Shown piece by piece: positions 1 to 9,781 of a DNA stretch of 64,000 nucleotides. How positions within the stretch are numbered: position 1 is the stretch's first letter; the number at the start of each line of letters is the position of its first letter. Source of the stretch: Candidatus Abzuiibacterium crystallinum (GTDB taxonomy: Bacteria > Omnitrophota > Omnitrophia > Omnitrophales > Abzuiibacteriaceae); contig PCVY01000065.1 in assembly GCA_002787155.1 (NCBI GenBank), positions 1,286 through 65,285 on the forward strand, read 5' to 3'. The notes beneath the pieces are model-generated. The model was not told where the DNA came from and searched no databases. It worked only from the letters and a program-made list of their open reading frames with translations. The position numbers were made by a program, and so were the translations under genes.

Positions 1-419
1 CAGCGCGGAATGGCGAAAAGCGATAAATACCACGGAAGCGCTGCTGTACCGCTTAAACTGGCCACGGCAAAAACAATGTCTTCGGGAAGACGGGAGCTGT
101 CCGAGAACATATGAAAAATACAAAAGATAAAGGTAATAGACGCTAAAACAAAAACAATAAAGAATACCCAATCCCAAAAGGTCCAGTCCCGTTTACTAAA
201 AATGTTGGGGGAAAATTTGGGTGCCGTCATTTGCCGGCCGCGAAGTCCTACAAATTGAGATGCCAAACGGCTCGTGTGCGGTTTGAAAATTTGATACGCT
301 GCACGTTCAGAAGTACCTGCTGCGTAAGCTTGAGTGGCGTGGAGAAAAATTGGCAGATTAAAAAGTGTGAAAAGGAAAACAAGAAAATATTTTTTCTTCA
401 AGTGTGAGGAGTTTTTCAA
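1..419 (-). CDS. Hypothetical exported/membrane protein (partial, runs off window start)
   Basis: Hand translation gives an open frame from TTG 419/401: KKKYFLVFLFTLFNLPIFLHATQAYA (signal-like), then a hydrophobic segment WDWVFFIVFVLASITFIFCIF; no stop before base 1. Confidence 0.5.
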   Translation of the reverse strand, partial: MKNSSHLKKKYFLVFLFTLFNLPIFLHATQAYAAGTSERAAYQIFKPHTSRLASQFVGLRGRQMTAPKFSPNIFSKRDWTFWDWVFFIVFVLASITFIFCIFHMFSDSSRLPEDIVFAVASLSGTAALPWYLSLFAIPR

Positions 420-432
420 TGAAACACCATCA

Positions 433-777
433 CTAAACGGGCATTCGGCTGATCAAATTTTGAGCACGCGGAGTTGAAGAGCGCGGTACCGCAATCCCAA
501 ATCCTTTTAAAGGATTGCCGTGCACATCTTTACGGCCTTGTTCATAAAGGCAGCATTCGATCTCTTCTTCCTGAAGCCTGGCCAAAACCCCTTGGGCATC
601 TTCAAAGGCATCCGTGTCATACACTTGAACCCACGGTCCCTTTTCAGCTTTAGAGCGAAATCGCCCGCGTGAAGGCTGTGCCTCATCCGCTGGTTTTTCT
701 ATCTTGCGGCGCGTTAAGATACTAACCGCCGCATAAACCGCGATAAAAATAGCTAAATAAATAAATATCATTCTCAT
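433..777 (-). CDS. Small membrane-anchored protein, DUF2007-like putative signal-transducing domain
   Basis: N-terminal TM helix; WVQVY...DAQGVLARLQEEEIEC...IAVP...RAQNLI pattern. Confidence 0.5.
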   Translation of the reverse strand: MRMIFIYLAIFIAVYAAVSILTRRKIEKPADEAQPSRGRFRSKAEKGPWVQVYDTDAFEDAQGVLARLQEEEIECCLYEQGRKDVHGNPLKGFGIAVPRSSTPRAQNLISRMPV

Positions 778-872
778 GATTTAACCCGTTCGGTCCGGCT
801 TATTGTATGCCATTATACCAATTGTAGCTTATCAGTACTTAATCGGCAAATCTCCTCCTTTTCAAGAGGGGT

Positions 873-1952
873 TTAACCGCCCAATTTTTGAAGTGCCCAT
901 TCGGCATGTTCGCGCACCAATTTAGAGCCATGCTTGAGCGCTTTTTTTAAAACAGGAATAGCGGATCGATCATTGGAATTACCTAAAACCACACAAGCAT
1001 TTCTCAGTAACTGTTTGTGGCGCGCGCGCAAAATAGCCGTTCCTTTAAATTGCTTTTCATAAACGCCTTGACTGGCTAAATCAAAAATGTTTTCCAAATT
1101 TAAATGGGGACCAAATCCTTCGGCAGCCGTCAGTTCGCGGCAATCGGTTTCCTGCTGTCCATTCGTGAAAGGACAAATATTTAAACAGTCATCGCAGCCA
1201 AAAACCCAATGTCCTATTTTGTCCCGAAATTCGCTTGGAATGGCTTCTTTATTTTCGATTGTCAAATACGCAATACATTTGCGCGCATCAAGCGCTTTAT
1301 CTTCTTCGATTGCCTCTGTGGGGCATACATCAATACATAACTGACAAGTACCGCAGCTGCCTTCAAAAGCCATGTCCGGCTCAAGATCTAAATCGGTTAC
1401 CAGTTCTGATAAAAAGAGCCATGGCCCGTATTGAAGTGAGAGCAATTGGGTTTGCTTGCCAATGAATCCAAGGCCGGCTTTTTCTGCCAAATCACGTTCG
1501 GCAAGGGGTTTGGTGTCAATAGCGCTGTGAAAGCGTACGGGTTTTCCGGCATGTGCCGTTAGCTGCTTTTTCAGTATCTCTAATTTTTCTTTGATGACCC
1601 AATGATAATCTTTTCCCCAAGCATAACGCGCGACTCGACCCTTGAGTGCCGCGGAACCGAGATCTGTGGGTGAGGTCAGACCTCCGTTGTTAACAGAACC
1701 TGTGCTTGAATTAGAATAATAATTAAGCCCTAACACAATAACTGATTTAGCTTCAGGAAATTCCGACCAAAATTGCTCGGAACGGCGGGCAAAGTCTTCT
1801 AAGTAACTCATGTTACCGTGTTTGCCCTGTGCCGCCCATTCATCGATCCGTGCGCCGGCTTGAGCAGCCGTGGCAGGCAGTGTAATACCGCACACATGAA
1901 ATCCGACTTCTAAAGCGAGACGTTTGATTGTTTCGGCATTTAAGCGGTCCAC
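873..1952 (-). CDS. queG: tRNA epoxyqueuosine(34) reductase
   Basis: ARYAWGKDYH, DTKPLAERDLAEKAGLG, CGTCQLCIDVCPT, CIAYLTIE, FGCDDCLNICP, C-terminal HEAT. Confidence 0.95.
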   Translation of the reverse strand: MDRLNAETIKRLALEVGFHVCGITLPATAAQAGARIDEWAAQGKHGNMSYLEDFARRSEQFWSEFPEAKSVIVLGLNYYSNSSTGSVNNGGLTSPTDLGSAALKGRVARYAWGKDYHWVIKEKLEILKKQLTAHAGKPVRFHSAIDTKPLAERDLAEKAGLGFIGKQTQLLSLQYGPWLFLSELVTDLDLEPDMAFEGSCGTCQLCIDVCPTEAIEEDKALDARKCIAYLTIENKEAIPSEFRDKIGHWVFGCDDCLNICPFTNGQQETDCRELTAAEGFGPHLNLENIFDLASQGVYEKQFKGTAILRARHKQLLRNACVVLGNSNDRSAIPVLKKALKHGSKLVREHAEWALQKLGG

Positions 1953-1953
1953 T

Positions 1954-2601
1954 TTATTTCTCCCGCGAAGGGCACCATGTCCGAACAGCGCATTCGCTGC
2001 AACGGGGCCGGCGCGCCCGGCAAGTCAACCGGCCGTGCCAAATGATAAGGTGTGAAAATTGAGTCCATTGGCTTTGGGGAATTATTTGATTAAGATCGTA
2101 TTCAATTTTAACGGGATCCGTGTGGCACGTTAAACCCAATCGGCAGGTCACGCGTTTCACGTGTGTATCAACCGCAATTCCCGGAACGCCAAAGGCATTC
2201 CCTAAAATCACATTTGCCGTTTTGCGGCCAATGCCGGGGAGCGACACCAACTCTTCCATTTTTTGAGGCACGCGGCCGTTGAAACGCTCTAAAAGCGCCC
2301 GGGCACACGCTTGAATGTTTTTGGCTTTGGCTCGGTAAAACCCGGTGGAATAAATGTCACGTTCAAATTGCTTCAAATTTGCTTTGGCATAATGGCTGAC
2401 AGTTTTGTATTTTCTGAACAAAGCGGGCGTCACCTGATTAACGCGCTCATCTGTACATTGAGCGGATAAAATGGTTGCCACCGCCAGCTGCCATGGATTG
2501 TTAAAATGAAGGGCTATTTTTCGCGCAGGAATCGCCCGAGAGAGACTTTCGATAATTTGAAGAGCACGCGCTTTTTGAGCCGATAAACTTTTGGTTTTCA
2601 T
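1954..2601 (-). CDS. nth: Endonuclease III
   Basis: LSAQCTD, HhH LPGIGRKTANV, VDTHV, C-X6-C-X2-C-X5-C Fe-S motif. Confidence 0.95.
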   Translation of the reverse strand: MKTKSLSAQKARALQIIESLSRAIPARKIALHFNNPWQLAVATILSAQCTDERVNQVTPALFRKYKTVSHYAKANLKQFERDIYSTGFYRAKAKNIQACARALLERFNGRVPQKMEELVSLPGIGRKTANVILGNAFGVPGIAVDTHVKRVTCRLGLTCHTDPVKIEYDLNQIIPQSQWTQFSHLIIWHGRLTCRARRPRCSECAVRTWCPSREK

Positions 2602-2614
2602 CTTTAGCGATTCT

Positions 2615-2641
2615 TTAACTTAGGGTGAATGATGCCGATAA
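2615..2641 (+). promoter_or_regulatory. Putative sigma28 (FliA) promoter upstream of the Omp85-kinase-NTT operon
   Basis: TTAA-N15-GCCGATAA versus consensus TAAA-N15-GCCGATAA. Confidence 0.55.
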
Positions 2642-2813
2642 GCATAACAATTGCCATACCGGTTTTGCCTGCGTAAAAGCTGTAGACAAAGCGTAGGTTA
2701 TTTTAATAAGATATCACAAATTGACAATGCATGACTACGGAATCATGCTATTCAATCAAGCGGCCAAAAAAACGGGTGATCGAGCTTTTTTCATGTTAAT
2801 AAAGCGTTTAGGC

Positions 2814-4157
2814 ATGAAACAAATTGTTTTACTGCTTGTTTGCACTACTTTTCTCTTTTCAATACCCGCCTCAGCCGATCCGAATGACGATTTATATACC
2901 CAAAAATTAAGACACCCTGAAGAAACTTCCGCGAATGCCATCCGTAGCCGCGCCCTCACCCGCTGGATTTTCGGATTACCGGGCCTCCCGATTGATTTAT
3001 TAAAAGCAGGCGCTGATCCGACGATGAGCTACCTCGAAAACAAGCGCATCGTTAAAAAAATTGATTGGGCATGGACTGAAATAAAAAAATATGGTTTCAA
3101 ACCTGAAACTCGTTTTGCGCCGGGCGGTTTCCGCTCCGGTTTGGGATTAAAAATCGAAGGGCATCGGTTATTCAAAACAGATCTTTCTTTACCTCATTTG
3201 CAATATAATGTCTTTGGCGGATTTGTGAACAAAGGAAAGAACGCGCATTATTATGATGTCGGAGCCGACTACAAAATATCATTTGCCAATAACCCCAGCC
3301 TTTATCACGCGAGCACCGCTGCCTTTGAGCATAGACCTCGGGAAGATTTTTTTGGTATCGGACCTGATACCAGTTTGGGAGATGAATCCGATTACAATAA
3401 AGACATGCTTCGCCTGGATACCCGGCTCGGTTATCAATGGACGTTTTCCCTCAAGACGGAGGGGTTCTTTCGCTACAGGCACATCCAGATTGGCAATGGC
3501 CACGAAGAGGACAGTTTTAGAATTAAAGAACATTTCACCGAGGATCAGGTGCCGGGCATTCATGGCAGCAATGTGATCGATTTGGGATTTCTTTTTGAGC
3601 ATGATACCCGTGACATGATTGAAGACCCGATGCAGGGCGGTTACGAAAAGTTTGAAATTTCATTCTCTGACGATGCAAGCGGTGATAATTTTCATTACAT
3701 GAACATTGAATTCCGTGCGGCCCGCTATTTCCAATTGCTCTCAGACCGCCGGATTTTAGCGCTTCGCTTTTATGCCGGGCGTTCGCAGCCTTTGGGCGGC
3801 GGCCAAGTACCTTTTTTTGATTTGCAGCGTTTGGGCGGCTACGGCAATCAAACCTCCGAAAGCGACATGTTACGGGGCTATGAATACAACCGTTTCTTTG
3901 ACCAAACCGCCATTGCCTTTACACCTGAGTATCGTTACAAAATTTGGAACTATAATAATTTTGATGCGGATTCGGTTATTTTTGCGGACATCGGCGGTGT
4001 GTCAAAAGAAATTCATTCGATGGGGTTTGACAAATTGCGCGTTGATTACGGTGTCGGGCTTCGTGTGAAACATCTTCGCGATACTTTTCTTTCGATTGAA
4101 GCAGCGCACGGGAACGAAGGAATCCAATTTTACATTAGGTCCAAAGCGCCTTTTTAA
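2814..4157 (+). CDS. Omp85/BamA-TamA family outer-membrane beta-barrel without evident POTRA domains
   Basis: Signal peptide MKQIVLLL...ASA; FFGIG, DTRD, RLGG...MLRGY...RF, EYRY, FADIG, YGVGLR, C-terminal Phe; start could be upstream (2721). Confidence 0.8.
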   Translation: MKQIVLLLVCTTFLFSIPASADPNDDLYTQKLRHPEETSANAIRSRALTRWIFGLPGLPIDLLKAGADPTMSYLENKRIVKKIDWAWTEIKKYGFKPETRFAPGGFRSGLGLKIEGHRLFKTDLSLPHLQYNVFGGFVNKGKNAHYYDVGADYKISFANNPSLYHASTAAFEHRPREDFFGIGPDTSLGDESDYNKDMLRLDTRLGYQWTFSLKTEGFFRYRHIQIGNGHEEDSFRIKEHFTEDQVPGIHGSNVIDLGFLFEHDTRDMIEDPMQGGYEKFEISFSDDASGDNFHYMNIEFRAARYFQLLSDRRILALRFYAGRSQPLGGGQVPFFDLQRLGGYGNQTSESDMLRGYEYNRFFDQTAIAFTPEYRYKIWNYNNFDADSVIFADIGGVSKEIHSMGFDKLRVDYGVGLRVKHLRDTFLSIEAAHGNEGIQFYIRSKAPF

Positions 4158-4170
4158 AGCGGGATAAACC

Positions 4171-5814
4171 ATGAAATTTTCAAGCACATTGTTAGGCATT
4201 TTAATCGGTTGCTCCGTCCTCTTGCCGACGGGACAAGCGGATTCTGCCAGTCTTTCCCGGCTTGATCAAAAAATTTCCGGTCGGGAAACAACTTTTTACC
4301 GTGAGTTTTTTGATCAAGTGGTCTATTACCCGCTTGCCAGACTTTTGCGGTGGGATCAATACATCACACGCCATGTCGGCATGGAAGCATTGGATGTGAA
4401 TGTATTTGACGAAGTACCCGATTCGGCCTTCTTTGAAAACCGACTGGGCAAACAATCAATGTCTATTTCCGAAATCGCAAAAGGGCCCGGCGGCACCCCG
4501 CCCGAAACAAAAGGGCCTTGGGTAGTTACCAAGGGTAAGGATGACGGTTACACCGTCGGGTTTTTTATCAAAGATGCCAAGGGTGATAAATATCTTTTGA
4601 AGTTTGACCCGGCTGATCATCCGGAAATGGCCACATCTGCTGAAATCATTGCCCACAAGTTTTTTTATGCTTTTGGCTACCATGTCCCGAGTTACGCCAT
4701 CGTTTATTTCAAACCCGATATTTTGGAGGCAGGACCAAACGCAACCTACTACAACGGAAACGGTTTTAAAAAGAAACTCGATAACAGCGCTATTCAAGAA
4801 TTGCTGCAAAAAGCACCGGTGACAAAAAACGGCCGTTATCGTGCCGTGGCGAGCCGTATTTTAGACGGTATTCCCAAAGGATACATGAGTTTAGAGGGCA
4901 GACGCTCAAGCGATCCGGACGATTTGATTCCGCACGAAGACCGCCGCGAGATTCGCGCGCTCGAAGTGATCGGGGCCTGGACAAATCAATATGATCTGCG
5001 TTCCGGCAACACGCTTGATATGTTAATCGATGAGAATGGGAAAGCTTACTTGAAACATTATATCATTGATTTTGGGTCCTCTTTCGGCAGCGCCGGCTAC
5101 CGGGCCAAGCACCCTTCCGCTGCTCATGAAACCGTGATCGACTTCGGGGCCATTGCGCGCGCCTTTGTTGAATTGAAAGTAGAAGATAAAGTATGGGAAG
5201 ACCGCTGGGATCAAAACGGAAGAACCATTGCTTATCAATCGTTGGGTTATTTCGATAATATCCATTTTAATCCTGCCGCCTGGCGCTCGCAGTTGGATCA
5301 AGAAGCCTTTCTCAGACTAACCGAAGCTGACGGGTATTGGGCTTCTAAAATCATTGCACGATTCAGCGATGAGATGATCCGCGCTGTTGTGAAAACGGGC
5401 GAAATCACCAACCAAGAAGCAGAATCATTTTTAATTGATACGCTGATCGAACGCCGGGATATGATTGTCCGTTACTGGTTCTCAAAAGCAGTCCCTCTTG
5501 AGTCCATCCAAGTAAAGCCGGTGAATACCACAACTTATTCGCTGAATTTTGAAGACCTGGCGGTGGCTCACGGTATAGACTCACCCATGAGCGTCAAATA
5601 CAGATGGCGCACTAAACGCGGGTCATGGCAGGAATACCAGGCCTCTCCAGCTTCTCTTCAGCTAGATACCGACCGCCTGAAAGAAACAGTTTTCATAGAA
5701 CGGTGGTCATCGGCGTCTCAGAAATGGTCATCACTCCCCCTTCGCCTCAAATTAAGCCGCTCAGCCTCTCAAGAACCGTTTCACTTAAGCGGCATTAATC
5801 GCGGGCACGATTAA
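4171..5814 (+). CDS. Exported protein-kinase-like fold protein (HipA/PI3-4K/CtkA-like motifs)
   Basis: Signal peptide; Gly-loop KGKDDGYTVGF, YLLKFD (beta3 Lys), AEIIA (alphaC Glu), DLRSGN catalytic loop, IIDFG. Confidence 0.7.
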   Translation: MKFSSTLLGILIGCSVLLPTGQADSASLSRLDQKISGRETTFYREFFDQVVYYPLARLLRWDQYITRHVGMEALDVNVFDEVPDSAFFENRLGKQSMSISEIAKGPGGTPPETKGPWVVTKGKDDGYTVGFFIKDAKGDKYLLKFDPADHPEMATSAEIIAHKFFYAFGYHVPSYAIVYFKPDILEAGPNATYYNGNGFKKKLDNSAIQELLQKAPVTKNGRYRAVASRILDGIPKGYMSLEGRRSSDPDDLIPHEDRREIRALEVIGAWTNQYDLRSGNTLDMLIDENGKAYLKHYIIDFGSSFGSAGYRAKHPSAAHETVIDFGAIARAFVELKVEDKVWEDRWDQNGRTIAYQSLGYFDNIHFNPAAWRSQLDQEAFLRLTEADGYWASKIIARFSDEMIRAVVKTGEITNQEAESFLIDTLIERRDMIVRYWFSKAVPLESIQVKPVNTTTYSLNFEDLAVAHGIDSPMSVKYRWRTKRGSWQEYQASPASLQLDTDRLKETVFIERWSSASQKWSSLPLRLKLSRSASQEPFHLSGINRGHD

Positions 5815-5821
5815 AACGCTC

Positions 5822-8266
5822 ATGTTTGCAGACTTCATTACAAAACTGATACAACCCATTGTTAAAATCCGCCGCAGCGAATGGCTGAAAGCGGGCATGA
5901 TGTTTATTTATGCCTTTACCATTTTTGCCACTCTCTACGTTTTTAAACCGGTCCGTTCTTCCCTTTATCTAGACGCCCGCGGCGCAGAAAACTTGTGGTT
6001 AGCTTACTTTTTTGAAGGTGTCGTTCTTTTTGTCATCACCTACCTTTATGTCAAACTAGCAGACAGATTTAAAAACAAGAATCACTTCTTTACCTTCACG
6101 ACTCTTTTTTTAATTTTCAATATCTTAATTTTCTACTTCTGCTTTCAAATGAACGTGAAAGAAAGCTGGCTGGTGCTCTTCTTTTACGGCTGGGTGGCCA
6201 CGTATTCGGTGACCGTTGCCACGCAATTTTGGACCATGGCTAATGATATTTTTAACATGGACGAAGCCAAACGGTTATTCGGATTTATCATCAGCGGCGG
6301 CAGTTTGGGCGGTGTGGTGGGCGGTGGTTTAACCAAATTGTTTGCCGAGCGGTTTGGAACGGAAAATTTGCTTCTCATGCCGGTCCTTTTTCTGACAATT
6401 TCGATTATTGTGACTGAAATTGTCTGGCGAAGCGAACGGACAAAGGCAGGCCCGCTTAAGGAAGTTAAGAAATCGGGTAAGCATGAAAGCCTCACTCGTG
6501 TTTTGCGGCTTTTATTTAAATCCAGGTACTTGCTCTTAATTGCCGGCATTGTGTTGTTTGCAAAAGCCGTCTCAACCATTGTGGATAATCAATTCAGCGG
6601 GGTCGTTGAACTGGCCATCCGTGAAAAAGATGTCCGCACTGCTTTCTTCGGCGGTTTCTTTTCGGCCCTCAACATGGTTTCTTTTATTTTGCAGCTTTAT
6701 GTCACCAGCAAAGTCCTGCGTTATTTAGGAATTAGTATCGCCCTTTTGATGCTTCCCGGCGGACTATTGATCGGTGCTTCTTTGACGATCTTATTCCCCA
6801 TCCTTCCCTTTGCCATGGCAGCCCGTATGTACGACGGCGGACTCAACTATTCGATTAATTTATTAAGCAAAGAAATTCTTTACCTGCCGGTCGCAAGTGA
6901 AACCCGTTACCGCGTAAAACCAGTGATTGACATGTTGGTTTTTCGTCTCGCCAAAGTATTTGCAGCCGCTTTGATTTTCATAGCCCTGAAGTTTGTCGGA
7001 TTGCGCGTTGATCAGCTGGGCATTGTTGTCCTGGTGATTCTGCCGTTTTGGTTGTGGACAGCTTGGCGGGTGAAACACGAGTATGTTCAATCAATTCGCC
7101 AGCTTTTAACTAATGAAAAACGCGTCAAACGTTTTAAAGAAACTTCCCAGAAGCGCGTGACGGACGTTTTGATGAATCTTTTTGAAGAAAAATCCTGCCA
7201 AGAATTAAGGGATTTATTTTATGACATTCCCTCGCATATGAGAAAAATGTCGGCGGCCGCTTGTCTGGCTTTTTATGGCGGCGGCAGAGACGTGGGTAAG
7301 GTAGGTAAATTAGTTCAAGAAATGGTGCGTTATGAAGCGCTGGAGTATCAAAAAAACAGGCCCTTGTTAAATCCGCGAACGGAGAGTACCGGTCATTACC
7401 AATGGGTGGATGAGTACCTGGTAAAATATCTCAAACTCGAACACCCCAGCGCTAAAAGCAAACTCAGTGAAAAAGAAAATGAAATTCTTGAAAGAATTTC
7501 GGGCATGCTGCAAGACACGAAATGCGATGGGTTGAGTAAACGCAAAGCCATCTCCATTTTAAGAACACTGGGAACGCAAAATGCTTTCGATTTGCTTCTG
7601 GGGGCCTTGCCGGTGACCCGTGATAATTCTATTCGTTTTGACATGATCAAGGGCATGAATCATATTCACACAAAATTATCCAATTATTCTATCCCGCAAA
7701 ATGCCGTTGAAGCCGAGGTCCGTTATGAAATTGAAAATCATAAAGCCATTTTAACTGTGATTCACTTCTATAAATCGCAGGAGAAAAAAACTTCTTCCGT
7801 TGATGAGGATTTTCTTTTAGCGACCCTCAAGATTATCCGGGAAGAAAGTCTTGAACGCATCTTTCGGTTATTGGGATTGATCTATCCAACCGAAGCGATT
7901 CAGACCATCTTCGAGCGTTTAACGGATGAAGAGGCTAGTGAAGACCTTCATGGCAAATCCATCGCCATCGAACTGTTAGGGCATATCGTCAAACCGGAAC
8001 TGTACCACCGCCTGCATCTCTTAGTCGATCATGACCGGTGGCATAAACACCGTCAAACAAACCCCAAAGAAGTCATTAAACATTTCTTGATGGGGGAAGA
8101 CTGCTGGTTTTCCGTGTGTGCTGCTTTTGTGATTGCAGAACTGAGAATGACAGAGCTATACTCGCTTTTTGAACATTTGAGCGGCCGAGAAGCGCCCATT
8201 GTCAAAGAAGCCGTTGCGATTGCTAAATCAAAAGCGGAATCTTTCGATACAGGTACAAACAAATAA
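5822..8266 (+). CDS. Npt1/TLC-like nucleotide (ATP/ADP) transporter, MFS fold, with C-terminal HEAT/ARM-like domain
   Basis: About 12 TM helices; KPVRSSL, QFWTMANDIFNMDEAKRLFG, SRYL, YSIN...KEILYLPV...RYRVKPVID; helical C-terminal half. Confidence 0.8.
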   Translation: MFADFITKLIQPIVKIRRSEWLKAGMMFIYAFTIFATLYVFKPVRSSLYLDARGAENLWLAYFFEGVVLFVITYLYVKLADRFKNKNHFFTFTTLFLIFNILIFYFCFQMNVKESWLVLFFYGWVATYSVTVATQFWTMANDIFNMDEAKRLFGFIISGGSLGGVVGGGLTKLFAERFGTENLLLMPVLFLTISIIVTEIVWRSERTKAGPLKEVKKSGKHESLTRVLRLLFKSRYLLLIAGIVLFAKAVSTIVDNQFSGVVELAIREKDVRTAFFGGFFSALNMVSFILQLYVTSKVLRYLGISIALLMLPGGLLIGASLTILFPILPFAMAARMYDGGLNYSINLLSKEILYLPVASETRYRVKPVIDMLVFRLAKVFAAALIFIALKFVGLRVDQLGIVVLVILPFWLWTAWRVKHEYVQSIRQLLTNEKRVKRFKETSQKRVTDVLMNLFEEKSCQELRDLFYDIPSHMRKMSAAACLAFYGGGRDVGKVGKLVQEMVRYEALEYQKNRPLLNPRTESTGHYQWVDEYLVKYLKLEHPSAKSKLSEKENEILERISGMLQDTKCDGLSKRKAISILRTLGTQNAFDLLLGALPVTRDNSIRFDMIKGMNHIHTKLSNYSIPQNAVEAEVRYEIENHKAILTVIHFYKSQEKKTSSVDEDFLLATLKIIREESLERIFRLLGLIYPTEAIQTIFERLTDEEASEDLHGKSIAIELLGHIVKPELYHRLHLLVDHDRWHKHRQTNPKEVIKHFLMGEDCWFSVCAAFVIAELRMTELYSLFEHLSGREAPIVKEAVAIAKSKAESFDTGTNK

Positions 8267-8273
8267 GTTTCCG

Positions 8274-9011
8274 ATGGTATTCATTCATTTCTCGAAACAA
8301 CTGAAGCAGGACATCTGGTTATGGGTCAGTACCGGCTTACTGGGTGTTTTTCTGCTGGGAATGAGCGGCTGCCAGTCGGTACCGCTCATGGGGGGTGTGG
8401 GTGCGCAGGGCGAGTTGATTTATTTAACGCCGATCCGTGACATCCCCAAACACATCCAAGAATGCGCCGAATTACAAGACCTCTCAAATGAAGAATCAAA
8501 AATTAACTATCTGATCTATCGCGTGCAAAAATCCGCTCTTCCCTTTACCCGAAACGGTTCCACTTATAGCAGTGAAAACGCGGCACAATTTCTCAGGTGG
8601 AAACTAAACCGGCCGAATTGGCGGCCGTTGGTCCGCAGCGCCCGTGAATTCGTTATCATTATTACCCGTGGTTCATCTAAATCCGGCTTACCTTATGAAG
8701 TAAAATTACCGGACAGAACACACCATGAACTTAAAGCCATTATGATCAATGAGCTTGATTTTCTGGAAGAATATTTAAAAACACGGGAAGCAGGATCTGC
8801 GGCTCATTTGCCCGTCAGCTCCAAAAAAACAGAGGAGGAATCCGCTCAGAATTTACAGCCGGTTCCAGAATCAGACATTCACCGCCGGCATAGTGAACCT
8901 CAACCATTCAGACGCCCGTTTGTTGCCTCACCGCGTTTTGACGATGACGACTATGGACAAACCTCATCCGTATCACCCGCCCAGCAAAACCGTCAGCAGC
9001 CCCGCACATGA
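8274..9011 (+). CDS. DUF5329 (YfeK-like) family lipoprotein
   Basis: Lipobox MSGC; INYLI...FTRNGSTYSSENAAQFLRWK...SAREFV...SSKSGLPY; low-complexity tail. Confidence 0.7.
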   Translation: MVFIHFSKQLKQDIWLWVSTGLLGVFLLGMSGCQSVPLMGGVGAQGELIYLTPIRDIPKHIQECAELQDLSNEESKINYLIYRVQKSALPFTRNGSTYSSENAAQFLRWKLNRPNWRPLVRSAREFVIIITRGSSKSGLPYEVKLPDRTHHELKAIMINELDFLEEYLKTREAGSAAHLPVSSKKTEEESAQNLQPVPESDIHRRHSEPQPFRRPFVASPRFDDDDYGQTSSVSPAQQNRQQPRT

Positions 9012-9781
9012 ATTTCACCGTTATTTGTCTCAATACTTGGGGACAAAACGAACCTTTTGAAAAACGAATGCGTCTCATCACTGCCGAAATCAGAAAATAC
9101 AAACCGCAAGTGGTTTGCCTGCAGGAAGTCTTTGAACCCGTCTTAACGCAAAAGCTCATCAAAGAAATCGGCTTCGGGCATGCGTTTGCCAATCTGGCCG
9201 CAGGGCTTTTGATTTTGTCGCATGACAGGATGGAAGATAAAAAGGAAGTCAAATATCAACATCAATCGACGCTCGAAAATAATGACCGCCGTTTTATCTT
9301 AACGGAGATTCATGCCAACGGAAAAAAATGCTGGATAGGCAACACGCATTTATCCTGGAAGGCGGCTGATGAGACAGCGCGCACCATGCAAACACGCGAA
9401 CTCGCTGCCACGCTGGACGCATTAAAAGCACCCGTGCTGGTGATGGGCGATTTTAACTGCACGCCGGAAAGCGAAGCAATGGCTGTGTTAAGTAAAAGCG
9501 GTTTTACCAATGTATATGACCGCCTTTACCCGGGGAAAAATGTTTTTACGTGGGACAATCAGCGAAACCCCTATCTTAAAACACATGCCGCCATCCTGCC
9601 CAATCGGCGCATTGACCATCTTTATATGAATCAAGCCTTTCAGGAAGTGTTTAAACCCCAAAGCTGCCGGCTCATTTTCACCACGCCTGATGAAGCGGGC
9701 GATTTCCCGTCCGATCACTTTGGTTGGCTAGCTACCTTCCGCACCTGGGGTCAGGTCCCGGACCTGACCCCAAGTCTTTGA
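9008..9781 (+). CDS. Endonuclease/exonuclease/phosphatase (EEP) family protein
   Basis: LNTW, CLQEV, NTHL, MGDFN, RIDH, PSDH motifs. Confidence 0.9.
   Translation: MNFTVICLNTWGQNEPFEKRMRLITAEIRKYKPQVVCLQEVFEPVLTQKLIKEIGFGHAFANLAAGLLILSHDRMEDKKEVKYQHQSTLENNDRRFILTEIHANGKKCWIGNTHLSWKAADETARTMQTRELAATLDALKAPVLVMGDFNCTPESEAMAVLSKSGFTNVYDRLYPGKNVFTWDNQRNPYLKTHAAILPNRRIDHLYMNQAFQEVFKPQSCRLIFTTPDEAGDFPSDHFGWLATFRTWGQVPDLTPSL
9746..9772. repeat. REP palindrome copy 1
   Basis: TGGGGTCAGGTCC-C-GGACCTGACCCCA, perfect 13-bp inverted repeat. Confidence 0.9.
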
